In this document: piece by piece, positions 35,470 through 44,137 of the stretch
Position numbering within the stretch: the first letter of the stretch is position 1
How the letters are laid out: each line of letters opens with the position of its first letter
DNA from: an uncultured Candidatus Entotheonella sp.
GTDB lineage: Bacteria; Tectomicrobia; Entotheonellia; Entotheonellales; Entotheonellaceae
Reading direction: 5' to 3'
NCBI GenBank assembly: GCA_965217185.1
Contig: OZ244252.1
Location: 992,001-1,056,000 of the forward strand
Length of the DNA: 64,000 nucleotides
Notes under the pieces: model-generated
Told to the model about the DNA's origin: nothing
Databases searched by the model: none
What the model saw: the letters and a program-made list of their open reading frames with translations, nothing else
Program-made: the position numbers and the translations under genes

Positions 35470-36741
35470 ATGGCAACATCCGACATCCGCTATTCTCGGC
35501 TCATGCTCCTGTATACGACGACAGGGTATGAAGCACGGGAATTCATACGAACGGCTCACCGACTCGGCGTGGAAACGGTGCTCGGCAGCGACCGCTGCGA
35601 TGTTCTGGACGATCCCTGGGAAGACGATGCCGTGCCGCTACGGTTTGAGCGGCCCCAGGAAGCCGCGCAGCGCATCGTCGATATTGCTGGCCAGCATTCC
35701 ATCACCGCCATTCTTCCTGTAGGCGACACCCCTCTTCTCAGCGCAGCGAAAGCAAGCCGGGAATTGGGCTTGCTGCACAACTCACCGGACGCCGTACTGG
35801 CCAGCCGCAACAAATATCTCATGCGCCAGCGCCTGCAAGCGGCTTTTGCGCAAGTGCCGGCTTTTATGTGTTTCCCGATGCAAACCGACCCCCGTCTCGT
35901 GCAACATGAGGTTCCGTACCCATGTGTCGTTAAGCCGCTTGCCCTGTCGGCGAGTCGCGGTGTCATGCGTGCCAATAACCCGGCCGAATTTGTTACGGCT
36001 TTCCTTCGGCTGCGCGTCTTGCTGGAACGGCCTGAAATACGCCAGAAACAAGATGAAACCAACGAAGAGATCCTCGTCGAAAGTTTCATTCCCGGTGCCG
36101 AGGTTGCTTTGGAAGGCCTGTTAACCGAGGGCCACCTGCAACCGCTGGCCCTGTTTGACAAACCCGACCCGCTAAATGGTCCTTTCTTTGAAGAAACCCT
36201 TTACATCACCCCTTCCCGTCTCAGTGCGGACCTGCAGGCCGAGATCGTCTGCTGCGCCGAACAGGCAGCCCATGCTCTGGGTCTCTGCCACGGTCCTTTG
36301 CACGCCGAATTTCGTGTCAACGGCCAAGGCCCCTGGCTCCTCGAACTCGCCGCCCGGCCCATCGGCGGTTTGTGAAGCCGCTCGCTGCGCTTTGGGACCG
36401 GGATGTCCCTCGAAGAGTTGCTCATCCGCCACGCCTGCCAGCTCCCCCTGCCCTCCCTGTCACGCGAGCAGGCCGCTGCCGGCACCATGATGCTGCCTAT
36501 TCCCCGCGCCGGCTTTCTCAAACACGTGACGAGCCTGGACGCAGCACTCAGCGTTCCCGGCATCGAAGATGTTGTGATCACCGCCAAACCGCACGAGAAA
36601 CTCCAGCCCTTTCCCGAGGGCGCCAGTTACCCCGGGTTCATTTTTGCCCGCGGTGAAACCCCGCAGGCGGTCGAGCAGGCCCTGCGTGAGGCCCACCGAC
36701 GCCTGCATCTGGTCATCACGCCCAGCCTCGACTTGCTCTGA
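35470..36741 (+). CDS. ATP-grasp ligase (L-amino acid ligase-like), probable selenoprotein (Sec at TGA 36373-36375)
   Basis: NKYLMR, VVKP..ASRGV, VESFIPG, LELAARPIGG. ORFs 35470..36375 and 36403..36741 are in frame and joined by one TGA (GGL-U-SRSLRF). Confidence 0.8.
36390..36415 (+). promoter_or_regulatory. Putative bacterial SECIS element
   Basis: CTTT-GGGAC [CGGGAT] GTCCC-tc-GAAG hairpin; G-containing loop starts 23 nt after TGA. Confidence 0.65.
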
Positions 36742-36937
36742 CGCCATGGGGTGCCCCCCAATCCACGGAGTCTTACCTTAAGGAAACCAATACTTACAAA
36801 AATGTCGATTTGTACATAAATGGTCCCCCGATTAACAATCCCGTTCCTACCTTGGCGCCATCCTTGAGAGTGCTGGTCATCCCTTATCGCATCCGAAGGA
36901 CAGCCCCACACAACGGTTTCGGCATTCCCGCCAGTAG

Positions 36938-36954
36938 TTGGCATGCAAGTTGCT
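36938..36954 (+). promoter_or_regulatory. sigma54 (-24/-12) promoter
   Basis: TTGGCATGCAAGTTGCT: GG-N10-GC, about 65 nt upstream of urtA start. Confidence 0.8.
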
Positions 36955-37017
36955 CTCTATGAGCGAGCAGCGGAAGTTCGCAACATTGTCTCGTTCAAGT
37001 TACTTAAGGAGAATATC

Positions 37018-38370
37018 GTGACCAACTTGCACCCTGCGGGCCGGGCCCGCACGCACAAATGGCAGGCCGTGAAACGTACCGCCTGCGCCCTCGGGCTCTC
37101 GCTCGCCCTGTTGGTAGGGCTGATGGGAAGCGGCGCCATGGCGCAGGAGCCCATCAAGGTAGGCGTGTTGCATTCGCTGAGCGGCACCATGGCCATCAGC
37201 GAGGGGCCCCTCAGGGAAATCATCCTCATGGCCATCGAGGAGATTAACGAGGCCGGCGGCGTCCTCGGGCGCCCTGTCGAGCCGATTGTGGAAGATCCTG
37301 CCTCGAATTGGGACCTCTTTGCCGAAAAGGCCAAGAAACTCCTGACGCAAGATGAGGTGGCGACGGTTTTCGGATGCTGGACTTCGGTGAGCCGTAAGTC
37401 CGTGCTGCCGGTGTTCGAGCAGTACAATGGCCTCCTTTTCTACCCTGTCCAGTACGAGGGCGAGGAGTGCTCCAAGAACGTCATCTACACCGGTGCGACG
37501 ATCAACCAGCAAGCGTCCCCTGCGGTGGATTATTTGATGAGCCCGGAAGGCGGCAGCAAGAAGCGCTTCTACCTGGTCGGCACGGACTACGTCTACCCGC
37601 GCACCACGAACAAAATCCTGCGGCTCTACCTCACCAAGGCCAAGGGCGTCGCGGAAGATGGCATCGCTGAGGAATACACGCCGTTTCACCACCAGGACTA
37701 CCAGACCATCGTCGGCAAGATCAAAAGCTTCTGCGCCGGTGGTGATGGCGCGGTGATCAACACCATCAACGGTGACAGCAACGTGCCGTTCTTCAAGGAA
37801 CTGGCCAATCAAGGCATCACGGCCGACACCTGTCCGGTCATTTCGTTCAGCTTTGCCGAGGTGGAATTGCAAACCCTGGACGTCAAGCCTCTGGCTGGTC
37901 ACTTGGCTTCCTGGAACTATTACATGTCGCTGAAGTCCCCGCAGAACTTCAAGTGGGTGAAGGCGTACAAGAAATGGTGCGAAAAGCGCGGCATCCCCGA
38001 CAAGCAGTGCGTGACTGACGATCCGATGATGCACGCCTACACGCACGTCAAGCTGTGGGCCCAGGCCGTCGAGAAGGCCGGCAGCACGGACGTCGAACCG
38101 GTCCTGAAGGCGCTGGAGGGCCTGACGGTCAGCAGCCCCGTCGGCGATTACAAGGTCGACGAGAAGAACCATCACACCTGGAAGCCGGTCTACATCGGCA
38201 AAATCCGCGAAGATGGTCAATTCGACGTCGTGTGGAAGAGCAAGGAGTGGGTGCGGCCCCTGCCGTGGAGCGAGCTGACCTATCCGGGTCGGGCCTGCGA
38301 TTGGAGCGGCGACGGCCTGGGAACCTATGATATGGTGAATGGCGACCGCGTCTGGCTGTCTCAGCAATAG
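37018..38370 (+). CDS. urtA: Urea/amide ABC transporter substrate-binding protein
   Basis: Signal peptide; KVGVLHSLSGTMAISE, FGCWTSVSRKSVLP, YPVQYEG, GTDYVYPRTTN; GTG after AAGGAG. Confidence 0.92.
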   Translation: MTNLHPAGRARTHKWQAVKRTACALGLSLALLVGLMGSGAMAQEPIKVGVLHSLSGTMAISEGPLREIILMAIEEINEAGGVLGRPVEPIVEDPASNWDLFAEKAKKLLTQDEVATVFGCWTSVSRKSVLPVFEQYNGLLFYPVQYEGEECSKNVIYTGATINQQASPAVDYLMSPEGGSKKRFYLVGTDYVYPRTTNKILRLYLTKAKGVAEDGIAEEYTPFHHQDYQTIVGKIKSFCAGGDGAVINTINGDSNVPFFKELANQGITADTCPVISFSFAEVELQTLDVKPLAGHLASWNYYMSLKSPQNFKWVKAYKKWCEKRGIPDKQCVTDDPMMHAYTHVKLWAQAVEKAGSTDVEPVLKALEGLTVSSPVGDYKVDEKNHHTWKPVYIGKIREDGQFDVVWKSKEWVRPLPWSELTYPGRACDWSGDGLGTYDMVNGDRVWLSQQ

Positions 38371-38383
38371 TAGTGACCTGTAC

Positions 38384-38413
38384 GCGGGGAAATGCCTTAT
38401 GGCGTTCCCCCGC
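38384..38413 (+). repeat. GC-rich hairpin (REP-like / mRNA-stabilising) after urtA
   Basis: GCGGGGAAATGCC-ttat-GGCGTTCCCCCGC. Confidence 0.55.
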
Positions 38414-38441
38414 AACCGTTTCAAGCACGCGGAGACATGAA

Positions 38442-40070
38442 TTGTTACGTATCCTCGCCTTCCTGCTGCTCGTGTGCTGTACTGGCGGCCTGTTGTCCAA
38501 TGCGGCGGTCGCGGCGGACACGCCCGCCGACTACGCGCAGGACCTCGTCGCTCCGGCAACCCAGCGGGCCACCCTCGAACGAATCCGCGACCTCGCCGAC
38601 CCGGCCTTCCGGGGGGTGCTCCAAGCTCTTAAGGAAGGCGCCCTGTATAGCTGGCCGGAAGGTCTCCTTATCTTCACCGACGATGGGGTTTTTGTGGACC
38701 TCGCCGGCACCCCGCTGCTCGACGACGCCGGTGAAGCCATTTTCCCCGAGGAGGGTCTCGATCAGGTCCCCTTGGAGGAAGAAAACATCCCGTTGGTGCA
38801 ACGCGCCATCGATGTTATCGATCTCTTCGCCGCTGACCCCAAGGCGCGGCGCTCGACTGCCCTGCGCCTGGGCAATATGCAGGACGCATTGCTGATTTCC
38901 GTCCTGCAAGAGGCGCGCGAGGCGGAACAGGACGCCGCGGTGCGCAACGTCCTCATTGAGGCCGTCAACAAATTGCAGTTGTTTGCGCCGGACGCGCAGG
39001 CACGGCGCGAGGCCGTCACCTACTTCGGCGACGCGCGCTCGGAAGCCGCGCTGAGCCGCCTGCGCGACATGCGCCTGAACGAGACCGACGCTCAAGTGCG
39101 GGCCGCGGTCGTTCAAGCCGTCGAAACCATTGAGAATTTTCTGCTGGTTCGCAACAGCGTCGGCTACCTCTTCAACGGTGTCAGTCTTTCCTCCATTCTG
39201 CTGATCATGAGTCTGGGGCTCGCCATCACCTTCGGACTGATGGGCATCATCAACATGGCGCACGGCGAAATGCTGATGATCGGCTCGTATACCGCCTACG
39301 TGCTGCAAGAATTCTTTGCCGATTACCTGCCGGGTTATCTCGATTATTACTACATCTTGGCCCTGCCCTTATCCATCCTCACGGCGGGCTGCGTCGGCCT
39401 GCTGATGGAACGCGGCATCCTGCGTTTTCTGTACGGGCGCCCGCTCGAAAGCCTGCTCATCACGTGGGGCATCGGCATGGTGCTGCAACAGGGTGCGCGC
39501 CTCTTTTTCGGGGATCAAACGAGCGTCAGCCCGCCCACCTGGTTTCGCGGCGGCTGGGAGGTCATGCCGGGGCTCATTTTCCCCTACAGCCGGCTCTTCA
39601 TCATTGCCCTGTCGGGGTTCGCCCTGGGCATGGTGTACCTGCTGCTGTATCGCTCCAACGTCGGCCTGCGCATCCGTTCGGTGATGCAGAATCGCGACAT
39701 GGCCGCCTGCATAGGCATTTCCACGCGCAAAGTTGACGCCTTCACCTTCGCGCTCGGCACCGCGTTGGCGGGGCTGGCGGGCTGCGCGCTGAGCCTCATC
39801 GGCACCGTGGACCCGGAGGTCGGCAAGACCTACATCGTCGATTCGTTCATGGTCGTGGTGCTGGGCGGGGTCGGTAAACTGTTCGGCACGGTGCTGGCGT
39901 CCTTTGGCATCGGCATGTCGAACAAGCTTCTGGAGCCGCTGATCGGCGGCACCGCCGCTGCGGTTTACGCCAAGGTCAGCATTCTCGTGCTGGTCATCAT
40001 TTTCTTGCAGATCAGGCCCACGGGGCTCTTCCCGGCCAAGGAACGCACGGCCGCCGGCGCACTGCGATAA
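38442..40070 (+). CDS. urtB: Urea ABC transporter permease with N-terminal periplasmic helical-repeat region
   Basis: LGLAITFGLMGIINMAHGE, YIVDSFMVVVLGGVG; start uncertain (TTG 38442 follows GGAG). Confidence 0.9.
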   Translation: MLRILAFLLLVCCTGGLLSNAAVAADTPADYAQDLVAPATQRATLERIRDLADPAFRGVLQALKEGALYSWPEGLLIFTDDGVFVDLAGTPLLDDAGEAIFPEEGLDQVPLEEENIPLVQRAIDVIDLFAADPKARRSTALRLGNMQDALLISVLQEAREAEQDAAVRNVLIEAVNKLQLFAPDAQARREAVTYFGDARSEAALSRLRDMRLNETDAQVRAAVVQAVETIENFLLVRNSVGYLFNGVSLSSILLIMSLGLAITFGLMGIINMAHGEMLMIGSYTAYVLQEFFADYLPGYLDYYYILALPLSILTAGCVGLLMERGILRFLYGRPLESLLITWGIGMVLQQGARLFFGDQTSVSPPTWFRGGWEVMPGLIFPYSRLFIIALSGFALGMVYLLLYRSNVGLRIRSVMQNRDMAACIGISTRKVDAFTFALGTALAGLAGCALSLIGTVDPEVGKTYIVDSFMVVVLGGVGKLFGTVLASFGIGMSNKLLEPLIGGTAAAVYAKVSILVLVIIFLQIRPTGLFPAKERTAAGALR

Positions 40071-40088
40071 GGAAGGTCAACCGCGACC

Positions 40089-41252
40089 ATGAAACCCACC
40101 TCGGCTTGGAAAGAAGCGCTGCTGCCAGGCGCCCTGCTTGCAGTCATCCTGGTGATCGGCCTGCCGCTGCTGAACGCCGCCGGGTACGTCTCCGACTACT
40201 ACCTCAACCTGTTTGGCAAGTACCTGTCGCTGGCCGTTCTGGCCATGGGCATGGCCCTCATCTGGGGGTTCTCCGGCATCCTGAGCCTGGGGCAGGCCAT
40301 CTTCTTCGGCATCGGCGCCTACTCGATCGGCATGTATCTGATGCTCCAATCGAGCGGCAAGGGCGTTTATGGCGAAGCGATTCCCGACTTCATGGTGTGG
40401 AACCAGGTCACCCAGCTGCCGTTGTACTGGAAGCCCTTCCACTCCCTGTCCTTCGCCCTCATCGCGGCCCTGTTGGTGCCGGTTGTCGTGGCCGTCGTGA
40501 TCGGCTTTCTGACGTTTCGGCGTCGCGTCGGCGGCACCTACTTTGCCATTCTGACCCAAGCCATGGCTTTCGCCGCCTGGTTAATGTTCAACCGCAACGA
40601 GCTCAACCTCGGCGGCACCAACGGCCTCACCGACTTCAAAACCCTGCTTGGCTACTCGTTGAGCGAGCCGAGCACGCAACGCGGGCTGTATCTGTGCACC
40701 GCGCTTCTGCTGGTCGTCAGCTTCTTCATCTGCCGCTGGCTGGTAGGCTCGAAAATGGGGCTGGTGCTCACCGCCATGCGCGACCAGGAACAGCGCCTGC
40801 GCTTTCTGGGCTATCCGGTCGCCTCGTACAAGATCTTCATTTTCGCCGTGGCGGCGGCCTTGGGCGGCCTGGCGGGCGCTTTGTACGTGCCGCAAGTCGG
40901 TATCATCACGCCCAGTCAGATCGGCGTTCTGCCGTCGCTGGAAATCGTCGTCTGGGTGGCCACCGGCGGGCGCAACAGCCTCATTGGCGCAATCATCGGC
41001 GCTGTGGGCATCAATGCGGCGCGCAGCGTCCTGACGGCCCGCTTCCCGGAATGGTGGCCGGTGATCCTGGGCGGTCTGTTCGTGGCCGTTGTCCTGTTCT
41101 TTCCCGATGGCATCGTCGGCATCCCCGCCCAGTGCCGCAGGGGCATCCGAAGGCTACGTGCTCGGCTGGCCGGCGCTCCGGCCCGTCGTCCGGCACCGGT
41201 AACACGCTCAAGCGAGCAACCGGCGTCAACCGTTAGCCGGTCCGACGGCTGA
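40089..41252 (+). CDS. urtC: Urea ABC transporter permease
   Basis: WGFSGILSLGQ, PDFMVW, YFAILTQA, GGTNGLTDF. Confidence 0.92.
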   Translation: MKPTSAWKEALLPGALLAVILVIGLPLLNAAGYVSDYYLNLFGKYLSLAVLAMGMALIWGFSGILSLGQAIFFGIGAYSIGMYLMLQSSGKGVYGEAIPDFMVWNQVTQLPLYWKPFHSLSFALIAALLVPVVVAVVIGFLTFRRRVGGTYFAILTQAMAFAAWLMFNRNELNLGGTNGLTDFKTLLGYSLSEPSTQRGLYLCTALLLVVSFFICRWLVGSKMGLVLTAMRDQEQRLRFLGYPVASYKIFIFAVAAALGGLAGALYVPQVGIITPSQIGVLPSLEIVVWVATGGRNSLIGAIIGAVGINAARSVLTARFPEWWPVILGGLFVAVVLFFPDGIVGIPAQCRRGIRRLRARLAGAPARRPAPVTRSSEQPASTVSRSDG

Positions 41253-41265
41253 CAGGGAGCGATAC

Positions 41266-42018
41266 GTGGAACAACAACGCGGCACCATCATGTACATCGA
41301 GGACATCACCGTCACGTTCGACGGCTTCCAGGCGCTGAAGGAAGTCGATTTCTACGTCGATCATGGCGAACTGCGCGCCTTGATCGGTCCCAACGGCGCC
41401 GGCAAGACGACCCTGCTTGACGTCATCTGCGGCAGGGCCAGACCGGACACCGGGCGCGTCATCTTCGGCCAGCGAACCGATCTCAGCAAGCTTGAGGAGC
41501 ACGAGATCACCATGCTGGGCATCGGGCGCAAATTTCAGACTCCCACCTTGTTCAAGAACCTCACGCTCATCGACAATCTGACCCTCGCCCTGCGCTACCG
41601 CCGCGACGTGATAGCGACCTTGTTCGGCGCCTTGAACCGTAGCCATACGGACAAAATTTATTCGACCTTGCAGACCCTGGGGCTGGAACAAAAGGCCGAG
41701 AACCAAGCCGGAGCGCTGTCGCACGGCGAGATGCAATGGCTGGAGATCGGCATGGTCATGGTGCAGGAGCCGGCCCTTTTTCTGCTGGACGAGCCGGTCG
41801 CCGGCATGACCCGGGAGGAACGCGAGAAGACCGGCGGGATTCTGCAGGACCTGGCCAAGGAGCATGCGGTGCTGGTGGTTGAACACGACATGGAATTCGT
41901 GCGCCAGACGGCCCACCGGGTGACGGTTTTGCACGAAGGCCGGATTCTCTGCGAGGGCTCGGTGGCGCACGTGCAACGCGATCCCCGGGTCGTCGAAGTT
42001 TATCTGGGGAGGGGGTAG
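41266..42018 (+). CDS. urtD: Urea ABC transporter ATP-binding protein
   Basis: GPNGAGKT, GRKFQTP, LSHGEMQWLEIGM. Confidence 0.92.
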   Translation: MEQQRGTIMYIEDITVTFDGFQALKEVDFYVDHGELRALIGPNGAGKTTLLDVICGRARPDTGRVIFGQRTDLSKLEEHEITMLGIGRKFQTPTLFKNLTLIDNLTLALRYRRDVIATLFGALNRSHTDKIYSTLQTLGLEQKAENQAGALSHGEMQWLEIGMVMVQEPALFLLDEPVAGMTREEREKTGGILQDLAKEHAVLVVEHDMEFVRQTAHRVTVLHEGRILCEGSVAHVQRDPRVVEVYLGRG

Positions 42019-42024
42019 CCGGCG

Positions 42025-42720
42025 ATGCTTACCATCCACGACCTGGGCGTGAGCTACGGCGAAAGCCAGGTGCTCTGGGACGTCGACCTGCACGTTCCGG
42101 CCGGCCAGGTCGTCTGCCTCATGGGGCGCAACGGTGTCGGCAAAACCACCTTGCTGAAGAGCGTCATGGGTCTCCTGAGGCCCCGCTCCGGCGTCATTAC
42201 GTTCCAGGACAAGCCGCTCACCGCGCTGTCAACCGACCGCCGCGCCCGCCAGGGCATCGGCTACGTGCCGCAGGGCCGCGAAATTTTCCCCGACATGACC
42301 GTCCTGGAGAATCTTCGCATCGGCCTCCTCGCCCAAGGCTTGCCCACTGCCACCATCCCGGACGACATTTTCGAACTGTTCCCCGTCCTGCAAACCATGC
42401 TGAACCGCAAGGGCGGCTACCTCAGCGGCGGCCAGCAACAGCAATTGGCCATTGCCCGCGTCCTCGTCACCCGCCCCCAACTCCTCCTCCTCGACGAGCC
42501 CACCGAGGGCATCCAGCCCTCCATCATCCTGGAGATCGAAGCCATCATCCAGCGCCTCAAAGAAGCCGGCAACATGGCGATTCTACTCGTCGAACAATAT
42601 GTCGACTTCGCCAGCCGCCTCGCCGATCACGTCTACGTCATGGAGCAAGGCAGCATCGTCCTGGAAGGCAAGCTCGAAGACATGTCGGACGCGGATCTCA
42701 AGCGCTACTTGGCGTTTTGA
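42025..42720 (+). CDS. urtE: Urea ABC transporter ATP-binding protein
   Basis: GRNGVGKT, LSGGQQQQLA, DEPTEGIQP. Confidence 0.92.
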   Translation: MLTIHDLGVSYGESQVLWDVDLHVPAGQVVCLMGRNGVGKTTLLKSVMGLLRPRSGVITFQDKPLTALSTDRRARQGIGYVPQGREIFPDMTVLENLRIGLLAQGLPTATIPDDIFELFPVLQTMLNRKGGYLSGGQQQQLAIARVLVTRPQLLLLDEPTEGIQPSIILEIEAIIQRLKEAGNMAILLVEQYVDFASRLADHVYVMEQGSIVLEGKLEDMSDADLKRYLAF

Positions 42721-42782
42721 GCCGGGCAGCCGGATCCCCTAGGACCATGTCCTACTGAAAATAGTCCGCCAATATCCCGAAT

Positions 42783-42822
42783 CGTCATTTGAGCTTGACC
42801 CGGAATCCAGTGGTGATTCCGG
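42783..42822 (+). repeat. Degenerate REP-like palindromic element / hairpin
   Basis: CGTCATT..GCTTGACCCGGAATCCAG; hairpin CCGGAATC-N7-GATTCCGG. Confidence 0.45.
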
Positions 42823-42839
42823 CAGTCGGTTGGCGCTTG

Positions 42840-42875
42840 ATTACTGTATTGATTATTTTTACTCAATACAGTAAT
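42840..42875. promoter_or_regulatory. Perfect 13-bp inverted repeat (operator-like)
   Basis: ATTACTGTATTGA-N10-TCAATACAGTAAT, 8 nt before ATG at 42884. Confidence 0.7.
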
Positions 42876-42883
42876 TTTCCGTC

Positions 42884-44137
42884 ATGAACGCCTTTCAACG
42901 CCCACAGGTCAACAACCTTGTTCAGCGGCTGGCCGAAGTGCCACACCACATCATCGCCCTGTTCGGTCCGCGCCAGACCGGCAAGACGACCATCGTGCGC
43001 CAAGTCCTGCGGCAGGTCGACCTCGAAAGCCGATACTTGGCCGTCGATGAACCTGACACTTCCCTATTCCGCGCTCCGCCTGCTGTCGCCGAGGCGACCT
43101 TCCCTCTATCGCAAGAGCGAAACACCGATTGGCTGGTGCGTAGCTGGCAACAGGCCAGGATTGACGCGGAACAGTCACTGCATGGATTCGTGCTGGTGTT
43201 CGACGAGATTCAGAAGATCCCGAACTGGTCGGAAACCGTCAAGGGCTTGTGGGACGCCGACCGTGCCAGGGATTGTCCTTTGCACGTGGTTATTCTGGGC
43301 TCGGCCCCGCTGCTCATGCAGGCGGGATTGAGCGAGAGCCTAGCCGGCCGCTTCGAGCCTATCCACGTCGCGCATTGGTCGTTCAAGGAAATGTCCGAAG
43401 CCTTCGATTTTGACTTGCCGACATACCTCTATTTCGGCGGCTATCCGGGTGCGGCCCGCACTATTCGAGACCCGGAGCGCTGGCGCGCCTACATCCTCGG
43501 CGCGCTCGTCGAGCCGAACATTGAGCGCGACATCCTGTCGATGACCCGCGTCGACAAGCCGGCACTGCTGAAACGACTCTTTGAACTGGGCGCGGCCCAT
43601 TCCGGGCAAATCCTGTCGTATACCAAAATGCTGGGCCATCTCCAGGACGCCGGCAACACCACGACCCTGGCGCGCTATCTCGACCTGCTCGCCAGCGCCG
43701 GCCTGCTCGTCGGGCTGCCGAAGTACGCCAATCAGCCGCAGCGGCGCCGTGCTTCAAGCCCCAAGCTCAACGTGCTCAATACCGCTCTGATGACGGCCGG
43801 CTCTGGCTATTCCTTCGCTGAGGCGCAGGCCGACCGCAGCCTCTGGGGCCACATCGTCGAAAGCGCGGTCGGTGCGCACCTGCTTAACACCGCGGCGTCC
43901 GACGTCCGCCTCTATTACTGGCGGGACGGGCCGCTCGAGGTTGATTTCGTCCTACGGCGAGGTCCCCGGGTCGTCGCCATCGAAGTCAAGAGCGGTGCAA
44001 GGCGGTCGGCCTTGCGAGGCATGGATGAGTTTGAACGGCGTTTTAATCCCCATCGTTCGCTTCTGGTTGGAGAAGGCGGCGTACCGCTCAACGAGTTTCT
44101 CACGGTGCCCGCCCATCACTGGTTTGAGGAAACATGA
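42884..44137 (+). CDS. AAA+ ATPase (AAA_14-type) with C-terminal DUF4143-like PD-(D/E)xK domain
   Basis: GPRQTGKT, FDEIQ, GGYP, EVDFV..AIEVK. Confidence 0.88.
   Translation: MNAFQRPQVNNLVQRLAEVPHHIIALFGPRQTGKTTIVRQVLRQVDLESRYLAVDEPDTSLFRAPPAVAEATFPLSQERNTDWLVRSWQQARIDAEQSLHGFVLVFDEIQKIPNWSETVKGLWDADRARDCPLHVVILGSAPLLMQAGLSESLAGRFEPIHVAHWSFKEMSEAFDFDLPTYLYFGGYPGAARTIRDPERWRAYILGALVEPNIERDILSMTRVDKPALLKRLFELGAAHSGQILSYTKMLGHLQDAGNTTTLARYLDLLASAGLLVGLPKYANQPQRRRASSPKLNVLNTALMTAGSGYSFAEAQADRSLWGHIVESAVGAHLLNTAASDVRLYYWRDGPLEVDFVLRRGPRVVAIEVKSGARRSALRGMDEFERRFNPHRSLLVGEGGVPLNEFLTVPAHHWFEET

Noticed and set aside
36403..36741. Separate 112-aa ORF, or ATP-grasp called as a nonsense pseudogene
   Set aside because: It is in frame with the upstream ORF across a single TGA with a SECIS-like hairpin, next to another Sec candidate, so one selenoprotein is the better reading.
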